From contig CAWDOA010000016.1 of assembly GCA_963803875.1 (NCBI GenBank), forward strand, positions 619,033 to 683,032: a DNA stretch of 64,000 bases, read 5' to 3'. Position numbers and translations under genes: made by a program. The notes beneath the pieces are model-generated. The model was given only the letters and a program-made list of their open reading frames with translations. It had not been told where the DNA came from and made no database searches. This document shows, piece by piece, positions 8,650-19,729 of this stretch. Source of the DNA: an uncultured Acidimicrobiales bacterium (lineage in GTDB: Bacteria > Actinomycetota > Acidimicrobiia > Acidimicrobiales > SZUA-35). Every line of letters starts with the position of its first letter. The first letter of the stretch is position 1.

Positions 8650-8805
8650 TGTCGCTCCTCATTGCAGAGGAGCGCCACTCGAAAGAAACTGTCAGCAGGG
8701 TCAACGGACCAACTTCCATCAGCGGCGTTGGTGTGGCCGGCTTCCTCTTCTCGGTCTACCTCTACGTCGTGTGACCTGTTCGGCTGCGTGGTTAGGATCG
8801 AGATC

Positions 8806-9276
8806 GTGCCCGAACTCGAAACGCTCAAGGCCTGGCCCGCAGCGCGTTGGTGGTTTGCAGTCGCGATGGCCTCGGTCAGCGCGCTCGCCATCGGGTTGCC
8901 TACCGACGTGATCCCCAACCCCGTGTTCGGGCGCCAGGGCACGCCGGTTGAGCCGTGGGCTCTGCCGGTGCTGGCGATCACGGCAGTACTCAGCGGTGTA
9001 CTTTTCGCCACGTACTACCAGGACGGCGAAACCGACTCGCGCAGCGAGCTCGACCGATCCAGCCGACTTGGCAGTGTCGGAGGGCTGCTGTCGTTCTTCG
9101 CCGTCGGATGTCCCATCTGCAACAAGTTGGTCGTGATTGCGCTCGGCACCTCCGGCGCGCTCACCTGGTTCGCTCCGGTCCAGCCCTATCTGGGTGTCGT
9201 CGCCCTGGGTCTGCTGGTGTGGGCTCTGCGGGTCCGCTTGCGAGGCGAGGTCGCCTGCACGGTCAAAGCCTGCTGA
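8806..9276 (+). CDS. hypothetical membrane protein with CPxC motif
   Basis: About 4 TM segments, with FFAVGCPICNKLVV inside a TM segment. A GTG at 8806 is the first plausible start, because the upstream part of ORF 8662..9276 is Ser/Thr/Arg-rich junk. Confidence 0.5.
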   Translation: MPELETLKAWPAARWWFAVAMASVSALAIGLPTDVIPNPVFGRQGTPVEPWALPVLAITAVLSGVLFATYYQDGETDSRSELDRSSRLGSVGGLLSFFAVGCPICNKLVVIALGTSGALTWFAPVQPYLGVVALGLLVWALRVRLRGEVACTVKAC

Positions 9277-9403
9277 GCTCGTCCCCTCGCCGGGCCGAAG
9301 GCGCCCGCAACGACGTCGGTACCCATGCCGACCCCGCCCAGTTGGCGGCTCGAATCGCGTTGAGAACTTGGCTATGAGGGTGCTCATGGGCAACGCTGGC
9401 GTG

Positions 9404-10351
9404 ATGACAGAGATTCGCCATGATTGGACCGTCGACGAAGTGCTCGCGGTAATCGAGCGCCCGTTCCACGAACTTCTTGCCGACGCCCACCGGTGTCACG
9501 TCGATCGATTCGAGGCCCAGGTAATCGAGGCGGCCAAGCTACTGTCGATCAAGACTGGCGGATGCCCTGAGGACTGTGCCTACTGCCCTCAGTCCGCTCA
9601 TCACAGCACTGGACTCAAGGCGTCACCGCTCATGGACACCCAGTCGATCGTCGCCGCCGCTGTGGAAGCAAAGGCCGAAGGTGCGACTCGTTTCTGTATG
9701 GGTGCAGCCTGGCGTTCACCCTCCGATTCCCAGGTCGATTCGGTTGCCGAGTCCGTCGAGGCAGTGGCCGAGGTCGGTCTGGAGACGTGCGTGACGCTGG
9801 GCATGTTGACCGAGGCGCAGGCCATCAGGTTGAGCGAGGCCGGCCTGGACTTCTACAACCACAACCTCGATACCTCGGCTGACTTCTACGGCGAAATCAT
9901 CACGACCCGGACCTACGAGGACCGGCTGGATACCCTCGCCAATTGCAGGGAGGCCGGCATTTCGCTGTGTACGGGCGGCATCGTCGGAATGGGCGAAACT
10001 CGTCGCCAGCGAGCTGCGCTTCTCACGCAACTCGCAACGCTACGCCCGCACCCGGAGAGCGTCCCGATCAACCTTCTGATCCAGGTGCCGGGCACACCGC
10101 TTCAAGGTCTGCCCGACTTCCCGCCACTCGAGTTGGTTCGCACGATCGCCGCAACCCGTTTGGTCATGCCGGCATCGGTCGTTCGCCTCTCGGCGGGGCG
10201 AGCCTCGATGTCGGAGGAGCTCCATGCCCTCTGCTTCCATGCGGGAGCGAACAGCATCTTTCTCGGGGAACGCCTACTGACGGCTGGCAACAACGGCAAC
10301 GAGGAAGACCATCGCATCCTGGACCAGATCGATGCAACCCTGAAGGTCTGA
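9404..10351 (+). CDS. bioB: biotin synthase
   Basis: Radical-SAM CPEDCAYC, with SIKTGGCPEDC, RFCMGAAW, YNHNLDTS and GGIVGMGE collinear with BioB. The N-terminus MTEIRHDWTVDEV matches the usual BioB start. The upstream extension of the ORF is Pro/Arg-rich. Confidence 0.9.
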   Translation: MTEIRHDWTVDEVLAVIERPFHELLADAHRCHVDRFEAQVIEAAKLLSIKTGGCPEDCAYCPQSAHHSTGLKASPLMDTQSIVAAAVEAKAEGATRFCMGAAWRSPSDSQVDSVAESVEAVAEVGLETCVTLGMLTEAQAIRLSEAGLDFYNHNLDTSADFYGEIITTRTYEDRLDTLANCREAGISLCTGGIVGMGETRRQRAALLTQLATLRPHPESVPINLLIQVPGTPLQGLPDFPPLELVRTIAATRLVMPASVVRLSAGRASMSEELHALCFHAGANSIFLGERLLTAGNNGNEEDHRILDQIDATLKV

Positions 10352-10526
10352 ACGCGTCGTTTGAGTCGGCGTTCTGTTTCTTTGGTACAAAGCAGTCGTC
10401 CTGGGGTGTTCAGCCAACTCGGAATTGTGCCGTAACAATGGTCCGACGAGGGCGCGACTCCGGGCCCGCCTGGAGCGTCCAATAGGCGTCCAGCAATCAA
10501 GGGGCTCGGCCCCGGAGAGGAAAAAC

Positions 10527-10700
10527 ATGGGAATGTTCGACAAGATCAAGGCTGCCGCCGAGGAACACGGCGACAAGATCGCCGAAGGCGTCGACAAGGC
10601 AACCGACGCCATCGACGACAAGACCGGCGGCAAGTTCTCCGATCATCTCGACAAGGTCGATGACATGGCTGAGGAGCACCTGGGAGACGACGACGCCTAA
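10527..10700 (+). CDS. Rv0909/MT0933-like antitoxin-family small protein
   Basis: MGMFDKIKAAAEEHGDKIAEGVDKATDAIDDKTGGKFSDHLDKVDD matches the family pattern MGFxDKAK...DKAGDxxDxKTGGKY. GGAGAGG lies 7 nt upstream of the ATG. Confidence 0.8.
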   Translation: MGMFDKIKAAAEEHGDKIAEGVDKATDAIDDKTGGKFSDHLDKVDDMAEEHLGDDDA

Positions 10701-10725
10701 CGAGCACCCAACCAGAATCGAATCA

Positions 10726-10750
10726 GCGACCCCGGCAGGTCCGGGGTCGC
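10726..10750 (+). terminator. stem-loop terminator candidate
   Basis: Perfect 10-bp GC-rich stem GCGACCCCGG / CCGGGGTCGC with a 5-nt loop, 26 nt after the stop. There is no U tract, which is common in actinobacteria. Confidence 0.55.
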
Positions 10751-10805
10751 TACGCGCCGCGGCCCGCCTTGCGGACTTTGGGCCCTAGGGACAGAGCGCA
10801 TCGCA

Positions 10806-11237
10806 GTGAACACTGGCCACATGACCGAGCATGAGCAGGGTGTCATCCTCGATGTGACCCCCGGTGATCACGAACACTTCGAACGACGCCTACTGGAAGG
10901 CTCGGGCCATGAGGTTCGGGTGTGTCACGGGCCTGGATCGGCACACTCGTGCCCGCTCATCGAGGAGGGAGTATGCGAGGAGGTCAGCCGAGCCCACGGT
11001 GTGGTCTTCAAGCTTGACCTCGACCGCGAGTACCACCGACGCATCCTCGCCACGTACAAGGCGACTATTCCCGACGACATGCCCATTGCGGCTGCGGTCC
11101 AGCCGGGCCAGGACGAGACCTATGCCGATCTGCTCGATGGCCTGTACGTGTGGAACCATACGCCCAGCGCTGCGGAGTTGGACGGCTTCGCAGCCCTGGT
11201 CGAGGCTGCCGACTACTCCAGGCCCGACAGCAAATAG
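10806..11237 (+). CDS. hypothetical acidic protein with Cys/His cluster
   Basis: 143-aa ORF with natural composition and CHGPGSAHSCPLIEEGVC. I recognise no family. ATG at 10821 is an alternative start. Confidence 0.55.
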   Translation: MNTGHMTEHEQGVILDVTPGDHEHFERRLLEGSGHEVRVCHGPGSAHSCPLIEEGVCEEVSRAHGVVFKLDLDREYHRRILATYKATIPDDMPIAAAVQPGQDETYADLLDGLYVWNHTPSAAELDGFAALVEAADYSRPDSK

Positions 11238-11325
11238 GCCTTTCTGCGCTGGGCGTTGCGTCCGCTCACCGCCGCCGGAAGCGGGGTCATCGTATTCGGC
11301 TACTGGTCTGGTGTCGCCGGGACGA

Positions 11326-11888
11326 CTAGGGCGAGTAGCCCCAGATCCAGGTGATGCCCCTTCCTCCGGTCTCAGCGTTCTGTGCCCAGGTCGCCGGGTC
11401 CGCGTCGATGACCTGATAGGAGCCAGCCGGGAGGGTCAAGTCGAGGTCGACCTCCCAGTAGGCGTCGGGCACCCCGCCTTGTCCTTCCAACGTCCTGGTG
11501 ACGGCCCACGGTCCATACAAGGTCCCGTCCGTTCCTTGCAGCCCGATGGTGCCCGGTGGAGCTCCTTGCCCCAAGTTCCAGTGGTAGGTGCGGAGGCGAG
11601 CCAACGTGACCGGTGTATCGAAGACAGCGTTCGTAGGTGCAGTGGGCAGGTTGCCAACACTGCCGAGGGTGTTCACTTCGAACAGCAGGTCCGGTTCCAG
11701 CAGGAGAGTCGTTGTCGTGGTGGGCTGGGTGGTGGTGGACTGGGTGGTGATGGTCGTGGGGGCCGTATCGGGAGCCGGCTGGCTCGTCGTTGTCGTGGTG
11801 GGTTGGGTGGTGATGGTCGTGGTGACCGTATCGAGAGCCGCCTCTCCTGGGAGGAGGGGGTGCGCGAGGAAATCAACCGTGCCCATGG
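11326..11888 (-). CDS. hypothetical protein: Thr/Pro-rich linker plus ~125-aa C-terminal beta-rich domain; N-terminus uncertain or truncated
   Basis: The C-terminal part of ORF 11326..13008 (NTLGSVGNLPTAPTN ... YWEVDLDLTLPAGSYQVID ... ITWIWGYSP) looks genuine. It is preceded by (TTTITTQPTTTTT)-type linker repeats. No signal peptide was found, and the upstream part is antisense to other sequence. Confidence 0.4.
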
Positions 11889-12228
11889 TGTGGTCTTCAA
11901 GCTCGATCTCGATCGCGACTACCAGTGCGCGGGTGGTCGTTCGCAGCGACATCGCGGCGTTTTCCATTTCTATTCTCCAAGGGTAGAAACCGGGTCCGGG
12001 TGCCCGGTAATCGGTGAGGTTCCACTCTCGCCCGTGGGTGTTTGCCGTGTTTCGGGCCGGATGACGATTGAGGTGTCCCCTGGGCACTCTCGCTATGAGC
12101 CGACATGCGCTAGCATGACCTTCGTCACGGTCGACGCGGGTAACCTTCCCAGCCGGCGCCGGGTCACATACACAACAGAGAGGAAATGCTGTCTGGATCC
12201 ACTGTGGTTCCCGGAGCATTGATTCACC

Positions 12229-13678
12229 ATGACAAGTTGCATAGAACGCCCCAGCATCATTCAGGGTGGGATGGGTGTTGCCATCTCGGGCTGGCCGCTG
12301 GCAAATGCAGTCGCCCGAAGAGGTGAGCTCGGCGTGGTCTCGGGCACGATTCTCGAGGTGGTCATGGCCCGTCGGCTCCAGCTCGGCGATCCAGAAGGGC
12401 ATGTGAGGCGCGCACTCCAACACTTCCCATTCCCGTCCGTAGCCGAGCGCATTCTCGACGCCTATTTTGTTCCGGGTGGGAAGGACCCCAAGAAGCCGTT
12501 CAAGAATGTCCGCACCTTCACTGTCGAGCCCGACCTGGCCCTCCAAGAACTGACTGTCGCCGCGAACTTCGTTGAAGTGTTTCTCGCCAAGGAGGGACAC
12601 GCAGGACCGGTCGGCATCAACTATCTGAGGAAGATCGAGCTCCCGATCCCGTTCTCGGCCTACGGGGCCATGCTGGCGGGGGTTGACTACATCATCGTGG
12701 GGGCGGGGAACCCGAAGGACATGCCGGGCATGATCTCCCGCCTGTCGCGCCACGAGCCCATAACGCTGCCCCTTCGGGTTCAGGGTCTCACCTCGAACGA
12801 CGAGGCCATCGAGGTTCGGTTCCAGCCAACCGATCTCAACGACGGAGCACCTCTCCCGAACCTCGTGCGTCCCGACTTCTTGGCGATCGTAGCTTCGGTC
12901 GATCTGGCCGAGGGACTCGCCGCTCTGCCGGAACCACCTGATGGCTTTGTCGTCGAAGCTTCCAGTGCTGGCGGCCACAACGCTCCACCACACCGGCAGG
13001 AGACTCACCGACGAGCTGGGTCAGCCGGTGTACGACGAGCGCGATGAGGTCGACCTTGTTCGGGTCGCCGAGATCGGCCTGCCGTTCTGGCTGGCCGGAT
13101 CATTCGGAACCCCGGCTGGGCTTGCGAGTGCCAGGGCGCAGGGAGCGGCCGGCATCCAGATGGGGACAGCCTTCGCCTTCTGTGAGGAGTCGGGCCTTAC
13201 CCCTGACCTGAAGGCCAAGATTGTTGCTCAAGTTGCCGACGGTACCGTCGAGGTCCGCTCCGATTGGCGGGCCTCACCGACCGGGTTCCCGTTTCGTATC
13301 GTGCAGGTCGACGGAACGATCTCTGAGGAAAACGTCTTCCAGGACCGGCGCAGGGTATGTGATCTCGGGGCGCTGCGGGTGCCCTTCCTGACCGACAACA
13401 AGAACATCGGATACCGCTGCCCGGCCGAGCCGCTGAAGTCGTACACCGAGGTCAAGGGTGGCCGGGCCGAGAACATCGAGGGACGGGCGTGTTTGTGCAA
13501 CGGCCTGTTGGCCAGCGCCGGTCTTCCCCAGTACCGAGTTGCGGCCGGTGTGGACGAGCCCCCGATCGTCACCGCCGGTTCCGATTTCGCCGGCGTACGT
13601 GAACTCATGGGCCGGGTCTCGGTCAGCACCGCCTTCTACTCGGCATCAGACGTCATCGACTACGTGTCGGGCAAATGA
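12229..13678 (+). pseudogene. nitronate monooxygenase (NMO / 2-nitropropane dioxygenase-like), one frame break as written
   Basis: IIQGGMGVAIS at the N-terminus. ASSAGGHNAPP (ORF 12229..13047) continues as TGRRLTDELGQPVYDERDEV (ORF 12941..13678). The step is near 12990, in CCACCACACC. Confidence 0.8.
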
Positions 13679-13769
13679 ACTAGCCCAGGGTCCCAACGCC
13701 GCAACCCTCGGTGAGGGGTTCCCCACCAATCTCATGGACGCATCGAAGCGGCAGAACTAGCGTCGGTTC

Positions 13770-14540
13770 ATGGCCTCGATCGACGTACACAAGAACCACA
13801 GCATCAGCTGGGTGGATCTCGCCGCCAGTGACCTCGACGCGGCGGTCGAGTGGTACCGCGGACTGTTCGGTTGGTCCACGTTCAACGACGGTGAAACCCC
13901 GTACACAATATTCATGGTGGGCGAAGCACCGGTGGCCGGTGTCCTGCAGATCCGACCCGAGATGGAGGGAATGCCATCGGTCTGGTCCGTCTACGTGGCC
14001 GTTGAGAACGCCGACGCCACGATCGCCAAGACTGCCGAAGCTGGAGGAGCTGTCGTTCGGCAGCCTTTTGACGTCCCCGGCGATGGCAGGATCGCAGTTA
14101 TCGCCGACCCTTCCGGTGCAGCTATTTGCCTCTTCGAGGGAATGGCGCACGAAGGCATGAAACTCATGGATGAGAACGGTGCACCGTGTTGGTTCGACTG
14201 CGTGACCAGAGACACCGAAGCGTCGGGTGCCTTCTATGGCGAGGTATTCGGCTGGACCAGCGAGTTCATGGAGGACATGAACTACACAGTGTTCTCGAAC
14301 GACGGTGAGTGGACCTGTGGAATGCTCGAGATGCCCGCCGAGGTACCTGCGGAGGTGCCATCCCACTGGGTTGTGAACTTCGTGGTCCCCGCTGCTGACG
14401 CGGCCGCCGGTTACGTCACCGCGAACGGCGGAACGGTGACAGTGCCGCCCATGGACACACCGTTCGGGCGGGCGTGCGGTCTCATGGATCCGTGGGGTGC
14501 AGTTCTCACCGTTATTGACCGCAGCACCGCCACCCAGTAG
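13770..14540 (+). CDS. VOC (glyoxalase/bleomycin-resistance) family protein, two tandem domains
   Basis: Two repeats of the pattern WVDLAASDLDAAVEWYRGLFGW ... and WFDCVTRDTEASGAFYGEVFGW ..., each ending with DPxGAxxxxxE-type strands. Confidence 0.8.
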   Translation: MASIDVHKNHSISWVDLAASDLDAAVEWYRGLFGWSTFNDGETPYTIFMVGEAPVAGVLQIRPEMEGMPSVWSVYVAVENADATIAKTAEAGGAVVRQPFDVPGDGRIAVIADPSGAAICLFEGMAHEGMKLMDENGAPCWFDCVTRDTEASGAFYGEVFGWTSEFMEDMNYTVFSNDGEWTCGMLEMPAEVPAEVPSHWVVNFVVPAADAAAGYVTANGGTVTVPPMDTPFGRACGLMDPWGAVLTVIDRSTATQ

Positions 14541-14626
14541 AAGCCGCTGGTTTCGGTCACGCCAACGTCAGAGGTCACATAGGCCCGGCTCGTCATAGCA
14601 GGGCTCGCCGCAGTAGTTCATACTGT

Positions 14627-16320
14627 GTGATGGCCCGAACTCCGCTGATCGATCTCATCAAGCGCTCCATCATCGGCGACGACGAGGTCGTCGACGGACC
14701 CTTCGGTCCCCGTCCGGTTGTGTACGCCGACTACACGGCTTCGGGTCGTTCGTTGTGTTTCATCGAGGACTACATCCGCACCGTCGTCCTGCCCCTGTAC
14801 GCCAACACCCACACCGAGTCCTCCGGCACCGGGCTCCAGACCTCCCGCTTCCGTGAAGATGCACGACAGATCATCGCTGAATGCCTCGGCGCTTCAGATG
14901 AACATGCGGTCCTGTTCTGCGGCAGCGGTTCCACGATTGCGATCGATCGGATGGTCGGGGTGCTCGGGATCCGCATCCCGTCGAACCTCGCCGATCGGTA
15001 TCACTTCGGCGCCCAGATTCCCGAAGACGAGCGGCCGGTGGTCTTCATCGGTCCATACGAACACCATTCCAACGAACTCCCGTGGCGGGAGTCGATCGCA
15101 ACGGTCGTCACCATCGACGAGGACGCCGACGGTCACGTCGACCTCGAGCGGCTCGAAGCCGCATTGGTCGAGTATGCGGATCGGCCATTGAAGATCGGGT
15201 CCTTCTCCGCCGCATCGAACGTGACCGGCATCGTCACCGACACGCGGGCTGTCTCCGGCATGCTGCACAACACGATGCCCTGGCCTTCTGGGACTTCGCA
15301 GCCGCCGCACCCTATGTCGAAATCGACATGGGATCAGTCGACGACGGAGACGGTTACTACGACGCCGTGTTCATCTCACCTCACAAACTGATCGGTGGAC
15401 CCGGAACACCTGGCGTGTTGTGTGCCCGTCGGGAGTTGTTCACCAACCGGGTGCCCGCATGTACCCGGCGGGCGGAACGGTCGCCTACGTCAATCCCGAC
15501 GACCACAGCTATCTCACCGACATCGAACATCGGGAGGAAGGCGGTACTCCGGCAATCGTCGAATCGATCCGGGCCGGCCTGGTTTTCCAGCTCAAAGAAG
15601 CGGTCGGCGTCGACACAATTCGAGAGAATGAAGAACGTTTCGTCCGAACCGGCCATCTCCTCCTGGCACGACGACCCGAACCTCCAGATTCTCGGCAATC
15701 AAGAGGTCGAGCGGCTGTCGATCGTCTCGTTCGTGGTTCGCCACGGCGAGAACGGGTTCCTGCATCACAACTATGTGGTGGCGTTGCTGAACGATCTTTT
15801 CGGCATCCAGTCGCGCGGCGGTTGTTCGTGCGCTGGACCCTACGGACATCGTCTGCTCGGAATCGATCTCGACCAGTCACACGAATTCGAACGGGAGATC
15901 AACCAGGGGTGTGAGGGCATCAAGCCCGGGTGGGTGCGGGTGAACTTCAACTACTTCATCACCGACGCCACCCTCCAATACGTGATCGACGCCGTCCATT
16001 GGGTGGCGGCTCACGGAGCAGCTCTGCTTCCCGAATACCGGTTCGAACCCAGTTCGGGGCTCTGGAAACATCGTGACGCTCCCCGCACCGCACCGATGAG
16101 CCTGCACGACATCAGCTACGACGGAGTGGGGCTGAACCACGCCGATCATCGCCAGCGACTGGGTTCAACCGATCTCTCCGAGTTTCTGGTCGAAGCCGAT
16201 CGGATTCTCAAACACAAACTCGGCGAGGGCATGGCGCCACTGGATCCGCCAGAGACGACCGCAGACTTCGAACACCTGCGTTGGTTCCCCTACCCCAACG
16301 AGGCCCCCGGTGGGAACTAG
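14627..16320 (+). pseudogene. class V aminotransferase / cysteine-desulfurase-like PLP enzyme, three frame breaks as written
   Basis: YADYTASGR, YANTHTE and SFSAASNVTG are in ORF 14627..15391. HDALAFWDFAAAAPY...ISPHKLIGGPGTPG is in ORF 15082..16320. GGTVAYVNPDDHSYLTDIEHREEGGTPAIVESIRAGLVF is in ORF 15420..15914. The sequence then returns to QSRGGCSCAGPYGH. Steps are near 15268, 15457 and 15650. Confidence 0.75.
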
Positions 16321-16329
16321 TTCTTCGTC

Positions 16330-17976
16330 CTAGCCTTTGCGGCGGTCGAGGTACCGAGCGATCAAGGCGTTGGTCGAGGCGTCGTGGCGGTCGGGGTCGG
16401 AACTGCCCGAAGAGAACTCGCTGGTGATCCGGGTGGCGAGAGCCTTGCCGAGCTCCACCCCCCACTGGTCGAACGAGTTGATTCCCCAGATCGTTCCCTG
16501 GACGAACACCTTGTGTTCGTAGAGGGCTACCAGTTGACCCAGGACGCTTGGGGTGAGTCGCTGGGCCATGATCACCGACGACGGACGATTGCCGGCGAAG
16601 GTGCGGTGGGGCACCAAGTCCTTGTCAGACACCTCGACCGAAACCTCCTCTGAGGTTTTGCCGAACGCCAGAGCTTCGGCCTGAGCGAACATGTTGGCCA
16701 TCAGCAGATCGTGCTGATTCCCGATGTCGTCGGAAGCTTCGAAGAAGCCGATGAAGTCACTCGGGATGATCGTGGTCCCTTGGTGGATCAGCTGGTAGAA
16801 CGCGTGCTGACCGTTGGTTCCGGGCTCGCCCCAGATGATCGGACCGGTGTCGTAGTCGACGGCCGCCCCGTCGAGCCTGACCGACTTGCCGTTGCTCTCC
16901 ATGTCGAGTTGTTGCAGGTAGGCCGGGAACCGGTCGAGGTGTTCGCTGTAGGGGAGCACTGCGTAGGTGGGCAAGCGCAAGAAGTTCCGATACCACACCC
17001 CGATGAGCGCAGCGAGAACGGGAACGTTGTGGGCCAGCGGGGTGGTTCGGAAGTGTTGGTCCATCGTGCGGAAACCGCTGAGCATTTCCCTGAAGTTGTC
17101 TGCGCCGATGGCGGTCATGAGGCTCAACCCAATGGCAGCATCGAAGGAGTAACGCCCGCCGACCCAGTCCCAGAACTCGAACATGTTCTCGGTGTCGATC
17201 CCGAACTCGGCCACCTTCTCGGCGTTGGTCGAAACGGCTACGAAGTGCTTGGCCACCGCCGCGGTTTCGCCGTCGAGCCCGGCCAGGAGCCAATCTCGTG
17301 CATGTCGAGCGTTGGTGAGAGTTTCAAGGGTTGTGAACGTCTTCGATGCAACGATGAAGAGCGTTTCTTCAGGATCCAGGTCCTTGGTCGCATCGAACAG
17401 ATTGGCGGGATCCACGTTGGAGACGAAACGAAGCTCGAGATCGGGATGCACATACGGGCTCAGGGCCCGGTAGGCCATCAACGGACCGAGATCCGAGCCT
17501 CCGATACCGATATTCACGATCGAGCGAATTCGGCGACCGGTGTGCCCGACCCACTCGCCGCTTCGGACCCGATCTGTGAACCTGCCCATCTTGTCCAGCA
17601 CGGAGTGAACGTCGGCCACCACGTCCTTGGCGCCCACCTCGAATCGGTCGTCGGGATCGGCCCGTAGCGCAGTGTGCAACACGGGACGGTTTTCGGTGGT
17701 GTTGATCACTTCGCCGCCGAACATGGCTTCGATCCGTTGGGGCACGCCGGTTGCCGATGCCAACTCGACCAGCAGATCGATGGTCTCGGAGGTGATTCGT
17801 TGTTTTGAAAGGTCCACCAACAGATCACCAACTTCGACTGTGAACCGATCGGCCCGCTCGTTGTCGGTAGCGAACAATTCTCGAAGGTGCAGCGCGCCCA
17901 GAGTGGAGGCATGAGCCTCGAGAGCGCTCCATTGAGGAAGCTGTTGGGGACTTCGGTTTGCCATGGTGTCTTCCAA
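16330..17976 (-). CDS. pgi: glucose-6-phosphate isomerase
   Basis: 548 aa, with [37 protein letters not shown] and [11 protein letters not shown] collinear with PGI. Confidence 0.95.
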   Translation of the reverse strand: MEDTMANRSPQQLPQWSALEAHASTLGALHLRELFATDNERADRFTVEVGDLLVDLSKQRITSETIDLLVELASATGVPQRIEAMFGGEVINTTENRPVLHTALRADPDDRFEVGAKDVVADVHSVLDKMGRFTDRVRSGEWVGHTGRRIRSIVNIGIGGSDLGPLMAYRALSPYVHPDLELRFVSNVDPANLFDATKDLDPEETLFIVASKTFTTLETLTNARHARDWLLAGLDGETAAVAKHFVAVSTNAEKVAEFGIDTENMFEFWDWVGGRYSFDAAIGLSLMTAIGADNFREMLSGFRTMDQHFRTTPLAHNVPVLAALIGVWYRNFLRLPTYAVLPYSEHLDRFPAYLQQLDMESNGKSVRLDGAAVDYDTGPIIWGEPGTNGQHAFYQLIHQGTTIIPSDFIGFFEASDDIGNQHDLLMANMFAQAEALAFGKTSEEVSVEVSDKDLVPHRTFAGNRPSSVIMAQRLTPSVLGQLVALYEHKVFVQGTIWGINSFDQWGVELGKALATRITSEFSSGSSDPDRHDASTNALIARYLDRRKG

Positions 17977-18100
17977 TCTCGGGACGATGTCTTCAGGCTA
18001 GAGGCCTTCTTCACCCCTCCAGCCGCTTGGACCAGCCGGTACCAGGGTCAACGTCCATCGACGAGATTTGGCGGTGTGAGTGGCGTTCGGTCTTTGGGCC

Positions 18101-19729
18101 TCAGCGTGATTGAGGGTGATACAGCTTCGTGTAGTAGCCGTTCAACATCCGCTTCATTGCGAATTCCTCTGACGTGGTGCCGATACTCTCCCGCATCATC
18201 GACTCCCATTTGTCGGGATTGTCGTAGTAGGTGGGGAGGACCTTGTTGAGAACGACCTCGTACAGGGACTCTCGGTCATGGTCGTCGAGCTCCTGATGTG
18301 AATCCGATTCGAAACCGTCACCGATCTGCCATCCGTTCTCGCCGTCGATGCACGCTTCGGGCCACCAGCCATCAAGGATCGAACAGTTGAGGACACCGTT
18401 CATGGCCGCCTTCATGCCGCTCGTACCGCTGGCTTCCTGGGGACGGCGAGGGTTGTTCAACCAGACGTCCGAACCTCGGGTGAGCATCCGTCCGATGTCC
18501 ATGTCGTAGTTCTCGAGGAACACGACCGCATTGGGATAGGACCGCATCATTTGAACGATGTTGGCGACGATCTCCTTGCCGGTGTCGTCGAGTGGGTGGG
18601 CCTTTCCGGAGAAAACGATCTGCAGTTGACCACGTTCGAGGTACGGCTGGATTCTGTCCATGTCGGAGAAGATCAGGTCACTTCGCTTGTACGGCGCGGC
18701 TCGTCGGCTGAAGCCGATCAGGATTCGGTCGACCCGCAGTTGCGAACCGGTCCGCTGCTCGATGAACTCCAGCAATTCGGACTTGATCGTGTTGTGGACC
18801 GGCAGGAGTGGCTCATTCTTCTCGTACGCGTCGGTGATCCGCCGGTCGACCCAGGTTGGAGTGTGAATGCAGTTGGTGATCCCAACGATTTCGCTACGTC
18901 CTGCCACGTGATTCCACATCTTGTTCGCCGTCTCCGCATGAAGCATGGCGACCCCGTTGGAATTGCGGGCCAGCCGGAGGGCGGCGACCGTCATGTTGAA
19001 CGGGTTGCCGCCGATCCGTGTCATCTGCTTCGCGTTCAAACCCAGGAATGCGCCCATGAACTGCATCGTGCGAAGGTCATGGGTCTCGTTTCCCTGGACC
19101 ACCGGTGTATGGGTGGTGAAGACCACCTTTTCTCTGGTGGTCCGCCATGCCTCCTCGAAATCGAGTCCTCTGGACTTCTCCTCCTCGATCAGTTCCAAGG
19201 CTGCAAGGACGGCATGGCCCTCGTTGAAGTGGTACACGTCAACGTCGATCCCCAGCGCTCTCAGCGCTCGGACTCCGCCGACACCGAGCACGATCTCCTG
19301 GGCCAATCGCTCCTCTTTGAACCAGCCATACAGCTGTCCACATATCCACCGATCGTCGCTCTGGTTCTGTTCGATATCGGTGTCGAGAAGATAGAGATCG
19401 GCGTTGCCGTACGCCGTGGTCTTCCAAACCTTCACGTCAACTCGTCGCTCGCGAATTGTCACCGGGACGGTGATGCCGGTGTCCTCGAGATCGTATTTGT
19501 GGTTGGGATAACTGTCGTAGGGGCGGCCATCCTCATCCAGATATTGGTCGGTGTATCCCTGTTTCCACAGAATCCCCAAACCGATGATTGGCAGGTTTTC
19601 GTCACGAGCACCCTTCAGATAGTCCCCGGCGAGGATTCCGAGCCCTCCGGCGTAGAGCTTCAGGTCGCTTTCGAGCCCGTACTCCATGCAGAAATACGCA
19701 ACCGTCGGTGCGTTATCCATCTTTGCCAC
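18101..19729 (-). CDS. glgP: alpha-glucan phosphorylase family protein (GT35, short type)
   Basis: AYFCMEYGL, YAGGLGILAGD, HFNEGHA, FTTHTP, GFSRRAAPYKR and the PLP-site EASGTSGMKAAMNG. Confidence 0.85.
   Translation of the reverse strand: MAKMDNAPTVAYFCMEYGLESDLKLYAGGLGILAGDYLKGARDENLPIIGLGILWKQGYTDQYLDEDGRPYDSYPNHKYDLEDTGITVPVTIRERRVDVKVWKTTAYGNADLYLLDTDIEQNQSDDRWICGQLYGWFKEERLAQEIVLGVGGVRALRALGIDVDVYHFNEGHAVLAALELIEEEKSRGLDFEEAWRTTREKVVFTTHTPVVQGNETHDLRTMQFMGAFLGLNAKQMTRIGGNPFNMTVAALRLARNSNGVAMLHAETANKMWNHVAGRSEIVGITNCIHTPTWVDRRITDAYEKNEPLLPVHNTIKSELLEFIEQRTGSQLRVDRILIGFSRRAAPYKRSDLIFSDMDRIQPYLERGQLQIVFSGKAHPLDDTGKEIVANIVQMMRSYPNAVVFLENYDMDIGRMLTRGSDVWLNNPRRPQEASGTSGMKAAMNGVLNCSILDGWWPEACIDGENGWQIGDGFESDSHQELDDHDRESLYEVVLNKVLPTYYDNPDKWESMMRESIGTTSEEFAMKRMLNGYYTKLYHPQSR

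Noticed and set aside
9137-9403. N-terminal 89-aa extension of bioB in ORF 9137..10351
   Set aside because: The extension is Pro/Arg/Ser-rich, overlaps the end of the preceding membrane-protein gene, and has no counterpart in BioB. MTEIRHDW aligns with canonical BioB N-termini.
11889-13008. N-terminal 370 aa of the 560-aa minus-strand ORF 11326..13008
   Set aside because: It runs antisense to the well-supported nitronate monooxygenase gene and has Arg/Pro/Gly-rich shadow-ORF composition. Only the C-terminal ~185 aa look like real protein.
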